A stretch of 64,000 nucleotides of DNA from a bacterium (GTDB taxonomy: Bacteria > NPL-UPA2 > JAUVJM01), in the NCBI GenBank assembly GCA_030606215.1, contig JAUWGW010000003.1, positions 4,407 through 68,406 on the forward strand, read 5' to 3'. Positions 54,501 through 62,598 of the stretch are shown here, piece after piece. The position numbers were made by a program, and so were the translations under genes. A model generated the notes under the pieces. The model made no database searches and had not been told where the DNA came from. It saw nothing but the letters and a program-made list of their open reading frames with translations. The number at the start of each line of letters is the position of its first letter. Position 1 is the stretch's first letter.

Positions 54501-55534
54501 TTTCTCCGGAGTTCAAATATGAAGGGCAATGGTGGAGAAGGCTACCCGGAGCAGGAGCAGTCCAATGGGACAGCAAAATGAAAGATAGACGGGATCTTTT
54601 TGTGAACATCTGTCCGGAATCAAGTTCTTACCGGGACTTTTACCTCTGGAAACTAAGTAAGGTCGTGCGGGATTTAGATTTAGAGGGTTTGTACTTTGAT
54701 TTTGGAGAATCTCACACCTGTCAGAACAAGTTGCATGGCTGCGGGTGGCGTGATGAAGAGGGAACAATATGCCCTACGTTTAATATCTTGGGAACGCGAG
54801 AATTGACTAAAAGAATCTATGTGATGATGAAAGAGCATGACCCAAATTCTCTTATAGTCTATCATATGTCAGGAAAAGTGGAAATGCCGGTACACTCTTT
54901 CGCAGATATCATGTACGATGGAGAACAGCTCACCCGGAAAGTAGGAAAAGAAGAATCTTATTATAATATTTTACCTCTAGATAAATTCCGGGCGGAATAC
55001 ATGCCTCATCAATGGGGGCCTATCACAACCTTTTTGCCTGAGTTTACTCGTTCCGCGCAACTTTTTAATCCGGAACGGCTTAAATTTTGGTGGACCAAAG
55101 AAGCTGCAAAGCCAATTAATCACCTTATAGGTCTTGTTCTGGTGCATGACTCAAAATGCTTCAGTGGCAATATTGCTCCATACCTGGGTAAAGTCCGCGA
55201 AATACAGGATGAATTTGGCTGGGATGAACAGGTTGAATTTATCCCTTACTGGAATAATTCCCAGTATGTAAAGATGCTTTCTCCCGAATCGACAGACATA
55301 GTGGTATCGCTCTTTAAAAGGCCGGGGGCAGTCATGTTAATCCCTTTCAATAATACCGATAAGAATATTAAGTTGAAGCTTCGGGTTGACTTCGACAAAT
55401 TAAACGTCTCTGGAGGCGATGTGATACACTTAATAGATAAACTAACCAACGAAAAATTCAGTATCGGAGAGGGTAATACGTTGGAAATACCCGTGGACAG
55501 CCGCGCTTTCAGAATGCTTGTTATTAGAAGATAA
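51563..55534 (+). CDS. Giant secreted protein: LamG domain, CBM9-like domain and a C-terminal DUF4091/GH123-like putative glycoside hydrolase region
   Basis: ATG 51563 follows AGGAG and gives a signal peptide (MSKKQVIVIMMFAICVCISTSVFSA). LamG (WHHIACSWDFATAKLYIDGE...LIDELKIYNIAI). CBM9-like (APKIDGNIHDNEY...DDAVEVYLN...WTLEMAIPFEKLG). The GH123-like call for the C-terminal half is a recollection only. Confidence 0.5.
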   Translation: MSKKQVIVIMMFAICVCISTSVFSAEENMIFCASFDTGVKADYAGGSAGGTAELELQEGVSGNAVVVGVEKKEGEEKRGYYCGYQGLNNVNLEEGTITFWVKSLDWYGKDGHVHLFFEAFGQDSRLTIYKYDVRDNPIGFIFGPPKQKDDTFIWTLTRCSVMDWEPGEWHHIACSWDFATAKLYIDGELKHSNKIKNFPTTPFTSFYVGGRNPKNWSNTGPGKSLIDELKIYNIAIDTEEIQEQWRKFSPSGSKKESNTPLIEQRRKLNTSAKKKRITPLISVGRIQQAPKIDGNIHDNEYSFKTTGFMGIWDQKYSAEQSDVHFAYDSDNLYIGIVSPVSGKLSSQVEGRDDVNIWQDDAVEVYLNLDPETDGFFQFIFNSAGTLYDSKNNDIKWSIDFPYSNQVSPDIWTLEMAIPFEKLGIRVPEEKEHWRINICRSFSSSGTYTSISPVRRNYCDIPRFADLKFLKESPVVKLTSIGDLVSGDLSFELFLINSGLNPQDVEVSVNLETGKKTFLDYNKKLVLEKGAEIRIPLSRKSIEGEGRFKVEISSSQKGELYSAILPFSTVTENPLKLSYLYTIPRQNVIKLGLLQSELSRFGKPLAVRVRFLDDKKKVALEKSFQKSIRRYELEMDIRQLPPANYEMEISLTSPDGREISTLREAYTRYSSPTPWEGNQIGITDKVPLPWTPLKMSKDSVICWGREYCFENSLLPSQIVSQKKELLVSPIRLVALKHGKEIEPVKAEISWKEKSESKVNLLTEGSLDSIKLSADIVIEYDGFMWVTLRLTPSSPTKIDRLILEIPLKKRYATLVNSGHGYLEQTGAFPMQGWHKNLKTESPIFWVGNEEMGLQWFAEDLSGWYVKDPGHSAEIVSQGDKVIAQLSIIDTPLILKETRTVSFGFMATPVRPKPEGWRKWRISGTGVKRNISFMDLSVTYLITPLFNYPELQDRENLVNIFNDHKTRGIKTCAYFSLAVSSPFSPEFKYEGQWWRRLPGAGAVQWDSKMKDRRDLFVNICPESSSYRDFYLWKLSKVVRDLDLEGLYFDFGESHTCQNKLHGCGWRDEEGTICPTFNILGTRELTKRIYVMMKEHDPNSLIVYHMSGKVEMPVHSFADIMYDGEQLTRKVGKEESYYNILPLDKFRAEYMPHQWGPITTFLPEFTRSAQLFNPERLKFWWTKEAAKPINHLIGLVLVHDSKCFSGNIAPYLGKVREIQDEFGWDEQVEFIPYWNNSQYVKMLSPESTDIVVSLFKRPGAVMLIPFNNTDKNIKLKLRVDFDKLNVSGGDVIHLIDKLTNEKFSIGEGNTLEIPVDSRAFRMLVIRR

Positions 55535-55594
55535 ATCTGTTCATTCATCATTGACGACTATTTATGGGAAAATATCCCGGGTTTAATTTAAGGT

Positions 55595-56617
55595 ATGTAT
55601 ATGGAAAAAATTCGAACAGTGGTGGTTGGTCTTAACCATGGAGCTGAATATATCCCAATCATCCTGAAACACCCTCACATGGAACTTGTAGGATTGGTTG
55701 ATATGGATTCAAGCTGTTTACAGAGACTGGTTTCTCAGCATAATGTTTCGGGCTTTGGTAATGTTAAAGAAATGGTTAAGTCTGAAATTGCAGACGCAGT
55801 CATTATTGCTGTGCCGACGCGTTTTCATGCTGATATAAGCATTATCTGTCTGGAGGCAGGGCTTCATGTGCTTCAGGAAAAGCCGCTCTGCTGCACAGGT
55901 GAAGAGGCGTCCGCCATCGGGAAAGCTGTCAGCCGGAGCGGAAAGATATTTCAGGTGGGCTATGAGGTTCGTTCTTCACCGTTACACATTTCCATAATGC
56001 GGCATATTAGAGACGGAGATTTGGGAATAGTAACTAATGTTTGGTATAACCAGCATACATTGGAGTCCAGAACGGCTGGCTGGTGCAGTGAACGGAGCGG
56101 TATGGGGGGCAAATTGTTTGATTGTGCAGTACACTATCTGGACCTATTGCAACAGTGGGCTGGTGCGCCGGTATGCCGAATTGCCGCACTTGGCAATCGC
56201 TTGGAAATGACGGGTCCCTGTGAAAAGGACATCCCCGATAGTGCTGCTATTTCAATTGAATATCAGAACGGGGTGCGTGGCACTTTTAATTTTGGCTCAA
56301 AGAACGATTTTCACAATGATTCCTCCTTTGGTGTGGCAGGGACGACAGGACAGATTATGGGTGACCCCTGGTATCCGGAAGGCGCAGGTTCTTATGACCT
56401 GCGAATGGATAAAGGATTGTATAAATGCCGGATAGTTTTTGATGGAAAACTAACATCACCTGGCCACTTAGGTTTTAAGGAACAACTGGACAATTTTGTG
56501 AATACCGTTTTGCATGGGTCCGCCAATATTTGTTCTTTTGAAGATGCCCTGGCGGTTCACCGGCAGATGAAAAGTATAGACCAGTCACTTTCTTCAGGTC
56601 AGGTTATAACGATTTAA
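55595..56617 (+). CDS. Gfo/Idh/MocA family oxidoreductase
   Basis: IRTVVVGLNHGAEY Rossmann start, VLQEKPLC motif, 340 aa. Confidence 0.8.
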   Translation: MYMEKIRTVVVGLNHGAEYIPIILKHPHMELVGLVDMDSSCLQRLVSQHNVSGFGNVKEMVKSEIADAVIIAVPTRFHADISIICLEAGLHVLQEKPLCCTGEEASAIGKAVSRSGKIFQVGYEVRSSPLHISIMRHIRDGDLGIVTNVWYNQHTLESRTAGWCSERSGMGGKLFDCAVHYLDLLQQWAGAPVCRIAALGNRLEMTGPCEKDIPDSAAISIEYQNGVRGTFNFGSKNDFHNDSSFGVAGTTGQIMGDPWYPEGAGSYDLRMDKGLYKCRIVFDGKLTSPGHLGFKEQLDNFVNTVLHGSANICSFEDALAVHRQMKSIDQSLSSGQVITI

Positions 56618-56666
56618 CAGCCAGAGCATAAGTTTGTCAGCGCGGCCAATATTGCAGGAGGTATCC

Positions 56667-57347
56667 ATGAGTGACACGGAAGACACGGGCAAAGGTCTTT
56701 CGCCCGGGTTGATAGCTGAGCAGAAGCGTCGCATGGATGAAGGCGTTTACGACAACAGTTGGTGGAGCCCCGGACGGGGCTGGTGGTGGCAGGCGCTGTG
56801 GAAGGTGATCGGCATGCCCATCTTCAGGTGCAGCACGGACGAACTGTTCAGTTTCTATTGGTCGTCGCGATTTCGTGGGTGGCTCTTGCGGTTGTTTGGA
56901 GCCAGGACCGGCAAGAACGTCTACATTCGTCCGACTGTGCGCATTACCTACCCGTGGAATCTGGAGATCGGCGACAATTCGTCAATCGGGGATTGCACGT
57001 GGATCTATAACCTGGTTCCAGTCAGGATCGGCAGCCGCGTGTGCGTGTCCCAGAATACGTTTCTTTGTACCGGGGGACATGACCCTTATGACATGACAAT
57101 GGAGCTGATTGCCGGCACCATTGTCATCAGCGACTATGCGTGGGTCTGCGCGGATTGTTATATCAACCACGGGGTGACGATCGGCGAAGGAACCGTGGTG
57201 GGTGCACGCAGCGTTGTAATGAAGGACATGCCGCCTTGGAAAATCTGCGTTGGCAATCCGTGCAAGCCGGTGAAGGACCGGGTGCTGAGGAGTGAGGAGG
57301 AAGTTTTTTTTGACAATAACGGGGGTGATTTTAGGAGGGAAAGATGA
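56667..57347 (+). CDS. WcaF-like hexapeptide-repeat (LbH) O-acetyltransferase
   Basis: ATG 56667 follows GCAGGAGG. LLRLFGARTGKNVYIRPTVRITYPWNLEIGDNSSIGDCTWIYNLVPVRIGSRVCVSQNTFLCTGGHD closely follows the WcaF pattern as I recall it. Visibly GC-rich compared with its neighbours. Confidence 0.75.
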   Translation: MSDTEDTGKGLSPGLIAEQKRRMDEGVYDNSWWSPGRGWWWQALWKVIGMPIFRCSTDELFSFYWSSRFRGWLLRLFGARTGKNVYIRPTVRITYPWNLEIGDNSSIGDCTWIYNLVPVRIGSRVCVSQNTFLCTGGHDPYDMTMELIAGTIVISDYAWVCADCYINHGVTIGEGTVVGARSVVMKDMPPWKICVGNPCKPVKDRVLRSEEEVFFDNNGGDFRRER

Positions 57348-58801
57348 AAGAGCGGAGTAGTGTAGATATTCTCAAAAGAGAAGATATAGACTTGATCTTT
57401 AACAATGCTGTGAGGATTCTTTCTGAAGTCGGGATTGTGGTGGAAAACGATAAACTTTTGCAACTCTTAGCTTCTGAAGGAGCCGATGTGAATTTTGTTG
57501 AAGAAAGAGTTAAATTCTCTAAAAAATTCATAGAAAAGTTTATTTCTGAATCAAGTGAAGAATATGATGACGTGGATGGACTTGAGGTTTCTTGCCTTTT
57601 CCCTTATGGTAAGAGGGGAGAATATGCTAATGGGCTTGAAGTAACAGCAGGTACTTATCCTCAGTACTATCTCACTCTGGAAGGAGAAATTGTCCCTCAT
57701 AATTTGGAAAGTGCAGCAGGTATGACGAGATTAGCTGACAAATTGGAAAATATTGACAGGCTTGGTGCTATGGGTGTTCCTTCTGATGTCCCTCCAATAT
57801 TAGGCCCTCTTTACATGCGTCTTATTGCCTGGAGACATGCCCAGAATAAGTTGAGCAGTTGTGGTGAGGTGCGTACTGCAGAACTTATTCCCTATATTTG
57901 GGAGATGGGACAGGTAATGGCTGAATACAGAAATGTACCCGTAAGAAAATATACTTTTGCGGAGGTAGAGTTAATCTCTCCTTTAAAATTTACTCGGGTG
58001 GAGGCTGATATATTTGTACAATTCTGGAAAAAGGGATTACTCGCCGGTATTGGATTTATGCATTCTGCAGGCGGCTCCTCACCGGTAACCTTAGCCGCTA
58101 CTGTCTCTCTGGCCGTTGCAGAATCACTATTTATAAATTTTCTGTATAGATTCTGTTATGGGTTTAAAAAACTATGGTTTCAATGTAATTCTTCTATTAT
58201 GGATATGAAAGCCGGCATGTTTCCTTTCGGCAGGCCTGAAAGGGGTTTGATCGCTCTGGCAATGGGACAGTTAGCAAGACATTTTAAAGCTGGCCTCTGG
58301 GCGAGTGCAATATATGCCGATGCTAAACTGCCTGGAATTGAGGCCGGGATGCAGAGTGCTTTTAATACCATACCAACAATTTTGGCAGGTAGTTTAGGGA
58401 TAGAATGTTTTGGTATTCTCTCCGGAGCTGAGACGGGCTCTCCTGTACAACTGGTTATGGATAATGAATATGCTGGTGCTTTGAAAAGATTTGCCAGGGG
58501 GTTTGAAGTAAATGAAGATACACTTGCTTTTGAGCTTATCAAAGAAGCTGGTCCTGGAGGATTTTTTGCTGGAACCGAACATACTGCTCTTCATTACAGA
58601 AAGGAACACTGGCAGCCGGAGATATTTTCAAGAGAAGGACTAAATAGCTGGCTTGCAGCAGGCAAAACTGTAGATGTTGACATAGCGCGGAATATTTGCG
58701 AACATATCTTTCAGGAATACCATCCAAGGGGCATTGATGAGAGCACAGAAAAACAATTAGTAAAAATTATTGAAAGTGCCGGAAAGATGCTGGTTAGGTG
58801 A
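57344..58801 (+). CDS. MttB-superfamily (trimethylamine methyltransferase-like) protein, non-pyrrolysine type
   Basis: 485 aa. N-terminus ILKREDIDLIFNNAVRILSEVGIVVENDKLLQLLASEGADV matches the MttB-family opening. No in-frame stop. ATGA overlap with the acetyltransferase gene. Confidence 0.65.
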   Translation: MKERSSVDILKREDIDLIFNNAVRILSEVGIVVENDKLLQLLASEGADVNFVEERVKFSKKFIEKFISESSEEYDDVDGLEVSCLFPYGKRGEYANGLEVTAGTYPQYYLTLEGEIVPHNLESAAGMTRLADKLENIDRLGAMGVPSDVPPILGPLYMRLIAWRHAQNKLSSCGEVRTAELIPYIWEMGQVMAEYRNVPVRKYTFAEVELISPLKFTRVEADIFVQFWKKGLLAGIGFMHSAGGSSPVTLAATVSLAVAESLFINFLYRFCYGFKKLWFQCNSSIMDMKAGMFPFGRPERGLIALAMGQLARHFKAGLWASAIYADAKLPGIEAGMQSAFNTIPTILAGSLGIECFGILSGAETGSPVQLVMDNEYAGALKRFARGFEVNEDTLAFELIKEAGPGGFFAGTEHTALHYRKEHWQPEIFSREGLNSWLAAGKTVDVDIARNICEHIFQEYHPRGIDESTEKQLVKIIESAGKMLVR

Positions 58802-59004
58802 AAATAAAAGAGCTTATCGTTGCCGAAGCCTGGGGCAGGAACATCACGAATAGATTACTGCCGTAAATATTAGCACTTTAAATCTTATTTCGGTAACATT
58901 TAATATGACGCAATTCGTAATTTGATATTTTGCATCTTTATGATATAGTATATAGGAAAACAAAAAACGGCTTTACTTTAACACTATTTAAAGGAGGAGC
59001 ACAA

Positions 59005-60201
59005 ATGGCGTTTGATGTCAGAAAAGTGTTAGATGCAGCGGCGTACCATCCGGTTGAAATTGATAGGATTCTGGATCCGGAACATCCATCGTTCATCGAG
59101 TTCGACCCTGAACTGGGATATGTCCTGAAAGATTATATATTCAGGGACGGTATGCGGAAGACCCTGTCTACATATACCTACGAGAAACACGGTGGTCACC
59201 GAAAGATGATAAACTGTGCAGACCAACCCTGCCGTATCAACACATACGGTAACAGCTTTACACAGTGCGCGCAGGTCAGCGACGGTGAGACCTGGCAGGA
59301 GATTTTGGCGGCCCATATCAGAGAGCCCATCCGCAATTTCGGTGTAGGCGGATACGGAGTATATCAGGCTTACCGCTGCGCTATGAGAACAGAAGTAATC
59401 AATGACCTGGCTGCCGAATATATCATTCTGAACGTCTGGGACGATGACCACATGCGCAATATTGATGCGGCCCGTTGGAACCGGGTCGGCTGGATGTGCC
59501 GCGACCTGCCCAGAGGAACCAAAGATGGTTATCCTGTGCATGGTTTTCCCTGGGCGCATGTCCGTTACGACCTCAGTAAAGGAAGTTTTGTGGAACTACC
59601 CGGTCTTTGTGAGAAGGCGGAGGATTTGCGAAAATTAGTCGGCAAAGATGCCTATTATGAAATATTCAAAGATGATATCGTTGTTCACCTTTACACATTA
59701 AGGGAAGGCGGAGATGCGCCGGTTGAAGAATTGGAAAAACTTGCCGAGGCATTCGGTGTGAAGGTTGACCTGAGAGATCCCCAGAGACGTGCGGTTGATG
59801 CGCGCAGGCTTCATTATGCCTATGGTATTAGATCCACTGAATATATCGTTGACAAATTGCAGGCCTGGGCGCAGGAGCAAAACAGGAAGCTTATGATTCT
59901 ATTGAGTTATGACGCTCCAACGGTCATGGATTTCTTAGAGAAAGGAGAACGTTTTGACCAGGAATTTGTTGACTACCTTGGAAAGAATAATTTTATCTAT
60001 GTAGATTTTCTGAAGGAGGTAGCTGAGGAGCATAAGTCCTTCAACCTTGACCTGGAAAAGTTCCTGGAGCGCTTCTACATTGAACGTGCCGGCGCACAGG
60101 TATTCGGTCATTATAACCCCTACGGCAATTTCTGGTTTGCTTTTGTCCTCAGAGAGAAGCTTGTTAACTGGCTGAACCCGAAACCGCCTGCTTACCGCTG
60201 A
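59005..60201 (+). CDS. Hypothetical protein, possible SGNH/GDSL-like hydrolase
   Basis: ATG 59005 follows AAAGGAGGAG. INTYGNSFTQC (block I-like) and NFGVGGYG (block II-like). The track start 58930 lies in an AT-rich promoter-like region. Confidence 0.4.
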   Translation: MAFDVRKVLDAAAYHPVEIDRILDPEHPSFIEFDPELGYVLKDYIFRDGMRKTLSTYTYEKHGGHRKMINCADQPCRINTYGNSFTQCAQVSDGETWQEILAAHIREPIRNFGVGGYGVYQAYRCAMRTEVINDLAAEYIILNVWDDDHMRNIDAARWNRVGWMCRDLPRGTKDGYPVHGFPWAHVRYDLSKGSFVELPGLCEKAEDLRKLVGKDAYYEIFKDDIVVHLYTLREGGDAPVEELEKLAEAFGVKVDLRDPQRRAVDARRLHYAYGIRSTEYIVDKLQAWAQEQNRKLMILLSYDAPTVMDFLEKGERFDQEFVDYLGKNNFIYVDFLKEVAEEHKSFNLDLEKFLERFYIERAGAQVFGHYNPYGNFWFAFVLREKLVNWLNPKPPAYR

Positions 60202-60228
60202 GGAGCAGGGCTGAAAAGTTTTTTAGCT

Positions 60229-61215
60229 ATGGCGCAAAATAAAGTACATATTAAATCTGAAGTAAAAGAAGGCTCGGTGGCTCTAGTTGCCTTTGGCGGA
60301 AACGCATTTTTCAAAGCAGAACAGAAAGGCAGTATCGAAGAGCAAAGACAAGCCGCCAACCAGATGTGTTGTAGATTACTGACTATTATTGATAGAGGCT
60401 ACGAGTTAGTCATTACTCATGGTAACGGCCCACAGGTCGGCAATTTGCTCATTCAGAGAGACATGACCAAACATGAGATACCGGAGATGCCGCTTGATGT
60501 TCTGGTAGCCCAGACTGAAGGCTCGCTGGGCTACATCCTGCAACAGGAACTGTTAAACCATCTGCGTGCTTATCGCACAGGCAAATATGTGGTAACACTT
60601 GTAACACAGGTTCTGGTGGATAAGGACGACCCCGCGTTTGAGAAACCTACCAAACCGGTTGGACCATTTTATACACGGGAAGAAGTTAATCAAATGCTTT
60701 TGGAGCACCCGGACTGGAAAATGGTCGAAGATGCAGGACGCGGTTATCGGCGGACAGTCCCCAGTCCACAGCCCGAACGCATCATCCAGAGCCATATGAT
60801 TCGCGCTTTGTGTTACAGCGGCAACGTGGTGATTGCTTTGGGCGGCGGGGGAATTCCCATGATTAAGGGGGAAGATGAAAAATACGTCGGCATTGAGGCT
60901 GTAATCGATAAAGACCTTTCCAGCGCTGTTTTAGCCACTGATATCAAGGCAGACCTTTTCGTTATTTTAACCGGTGTTGATAAAGTCTGTCTGAATTACG
61001 GCAAAGAGGACGAGCAGCCGCTTGAGCATTTGACCTGCAGCCAGGCCAAGCAATATATGCAAGAGGGACATTTCCCTGCCGGGAGTATGGGCCCGAAGGT
61101 CTCTGCGGCACTGCACTATTTGGAAAACGGGGGACGTAAGGCCATCATCACCAATGCGGAAAGTCTGGAAAACGCACTGGATGGCAAGGGCGGAACCCAT
61201 ATGGTGTGGGTATAA
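60229..61215 (+). CDS. arcC: Carbamate kinase
   Basis: ALVAFGGNAF, THGNGPQVGNLL, GGGGIPM and amino-acid-kinase fold length (328 aa). Confidence 0.88.
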   Translation: MAQNKVHIKSEVKEGSVALVAFGGNAFFKAEQKGSIEEQRQAANQMCCRLLTIIDRGYELVITHGNGPQVGNLLIQRDMTKHEIPEMPLDVLVAQTEGSLGYILQQELLNHLRAYRTGKYVVTLVTQVLVDKDDPAFEKPTKPVGPFYTREEVNQMLLEHPDWKMVEDAGRGYRRTVPSPQPERIIQSHMIRALCYSGNVVIALGGGGIPMIKGEDEKYVGIEAVIDKDLSSAVLATDIKADLFVILTGVDKVCLNYGKEDEQPLEHLTCSQAKQYMQEGHFPAGSMGPKVSAALHYLENGGRKAIITNAESLENALDGKGGTHMVWV

Positions 61216-61222
61216 AAAAACT

Positions 61223-61252
61223 TTGACATAATCAGAATTGGTGGTGTATAAT
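61223..61252 (+). promoter_or_regulatory. Sigma70-like promoter (TTGACA-18 nt-TATAAT) upstream of rpmB
   Basis: TTGACA at 61223-61228 and TATAAT at 61247-61252, 43 nt upstream of ATG 61295. Confidence 0.5.
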
Positions 61253-61294
61253 TTGTCTCGTTTACAACCTGTAAAATAAAATTGGAGATTGCAT

Positions 61295-61483
61295 ATGTCA
61301 AGAGTTTGTGAAATATGCGGGAAAAGGTCTAATGTTGGCAACAGGATAAGTCATTCTCACCGGAAAACGAGGCGGAAATGGTTTCCAAATCTACAGAAGG
61401 TGAGAGCGGTAATCGACGGTAGCAGAAAGAAGCTGACTGTCTGTACAAGTTGTATCAAGGCAGGGAAGATAACCAAAAAATAG
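61295..61483 (+). CDS. rpmB: 50S ribosomal protein L28
   Basis: MSRVCEICGKRSNVGNRISHSHRKTRRKWFPNLQ is the canonical L28 sequence. ATG 61295 follows GGAG. Confidence 0.93.
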   Translation: MSRVCEICGKRSNVGNRISHSHRKTRRKWFPNLQKVRAVIDGSRKKLTVCTSCIKAGKITKK

Positions 61484-61496
61484 GGGAGGAATAAGT

Positions 61497-62573
61497 ATGG
61501 CAGTGTGGGCGAAATTTAGTGACGGAGTTGAGGTTGATGAAAAGGTATTCAAACTGCTGGCAAAGTATGCAGGTGAAGGAAACCTTGATGTTTTTGCTTC
61601 TGACCAGCACAACTCATACCTGAAATTGACTTCAGCGTATCTCAAGCATGTTGGGGAGTCAAGAAAGGCAAATGAAGATGATGTGAGAGAAGTTTGCAGG
61701 AGATTTGCGAAAGGACTTCAGCAGATGCCGACCGCAGCTCTCTTCAACAAACTTGCATTTGAGAGTCCGGGCTTCAGAGAATTGCTGGGAGAAAAGGTTC
61801 TTCTCATCGGGAGGCTTGAAGACACAAATACAGTTGCAGTTGATGGTGGGAGAGGGCAGCTTGCTCAGTTAGCAGTTAATCCTGAAGATTGCGCTGATAA
61901 AGTAGATGCGTTTAAAACTCTGGCGAAAGTTGACCCTGACCACAAAGAAAGCTGGGAGAAGAATCTTGAATGGCTCAAGGATGTTTTTGAGAGATGCCAG
62001 AAACTCGGCAAAGCTCTTTTCAATGAAACGTTGTTGTTCCAGAGACCGGGTGAGTCAAAAGCTGATATGGCAAAGAGACTTCCTGAAGGGTTGGTTAAAG
62101 TTGCGAAAGATTTTGGTCCATATGGGCATTTCTACAAGACTCAGGTTCCGGTTTTCTGGGCGACGGATGATGGGGAAATTACAAGAATCAGCAACCCTGA
62201 TACTATCAGGAAAACAGCAGAAGCAATGGCTGGAGTTGTTGACAGGCCAATGCTTCTTTTGAGTGCAGCGGTTGACTTTGAGCAATACGCGGCTCAGTTC
62301 GGTATAGTTGCTGACATATTCACGGGTCCAATGTGCGGTAGGGCATATTTCAAAGAATCCTTTACAGTGCCGGAAACAAAGGATTGGGACAGCCTGGAAG
62401 CGAGTTTCAAGAGGATTGCCCTGCCCAGAATTCAGCAGATAAAGAATCTGACCAGGATAGTGAGCAAGCCCTGGTGGCATAAGTTCTCGTGGATGGCTGA
62501 TGATGCGAAAGCCGCTGTGAAACTTGATGCCAAACCTCAGGGTTCAGGTGTTAAAGCCGATTACGGTTATTAA
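61497..62573 (+). CDS. Class I aldolase of the LacD/tagatose-1,6-bisphosphate aldolase family
   Basis: By-eye alignment to LacD: FASDQHNS ~ AFDQRGAL, VDAFKTL ~ ADAVKFL, HFYKTQVPV ~ DVLKVEVPV (Schiff-base Lys region), LSAAVDFEQY...GPMCGRAYF ~ LSAGVSAELF...GVLCGRATW. Confidence 0.6.
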   Translation: MAVWAKFSDGVEVDEKVFKLLAKYAGEGNLDVFASDQHNSYLKLTSAYLKHVGESRKANEDDVREVCRRFAKGLQQMPTAALFNKLAFESPGFRELLGEKVLLIGRLEDTNTVAVDGGRGQLAQLAVNPEDCADKVDAFKTLAKVDPDHKESWEKNLEWLKDVFERCQKLGKALFNETLLFQRPGESKADMAKRLPEGLVKVAKDFGPYGHFYKTQVPVFWATDDGEITRISNPDTIRKTAEAMAGVVDRPMLLLSAAVDFEQYAAQFGIVADIFTGPMCGRAYFKESFTVPETKDWDSLEASFKRIALPRIQQIKNLTRIVSKPWWHKFSWMADDAKAAVKLDAKPQGSGVKADYGY

Positions 62574-62598
62574 TTTTTGGCTGGTTTGGGTATAAGGT

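Noticed and set aside
56759-57170. Cluster of overlapping 62-83-aa ORFs in several frames
   Set aside because: They are by-products of the high GC content of the WcaF-like gene, and none has motifs or RBSs.
57344-58801. Pyrrolysine (in-frame UAG) in the MttB-family gene
   Set aside because: The ORF is uninterrupted over 485 codons, so it is a non-Pyl member.
59029-59559. 176-aa minus-strand ORF
   Set aside because: It is antisense to the 59005-60201 ORF in a GC-enriched region where long spurious frames are expected. It has no RBS and no motifs.
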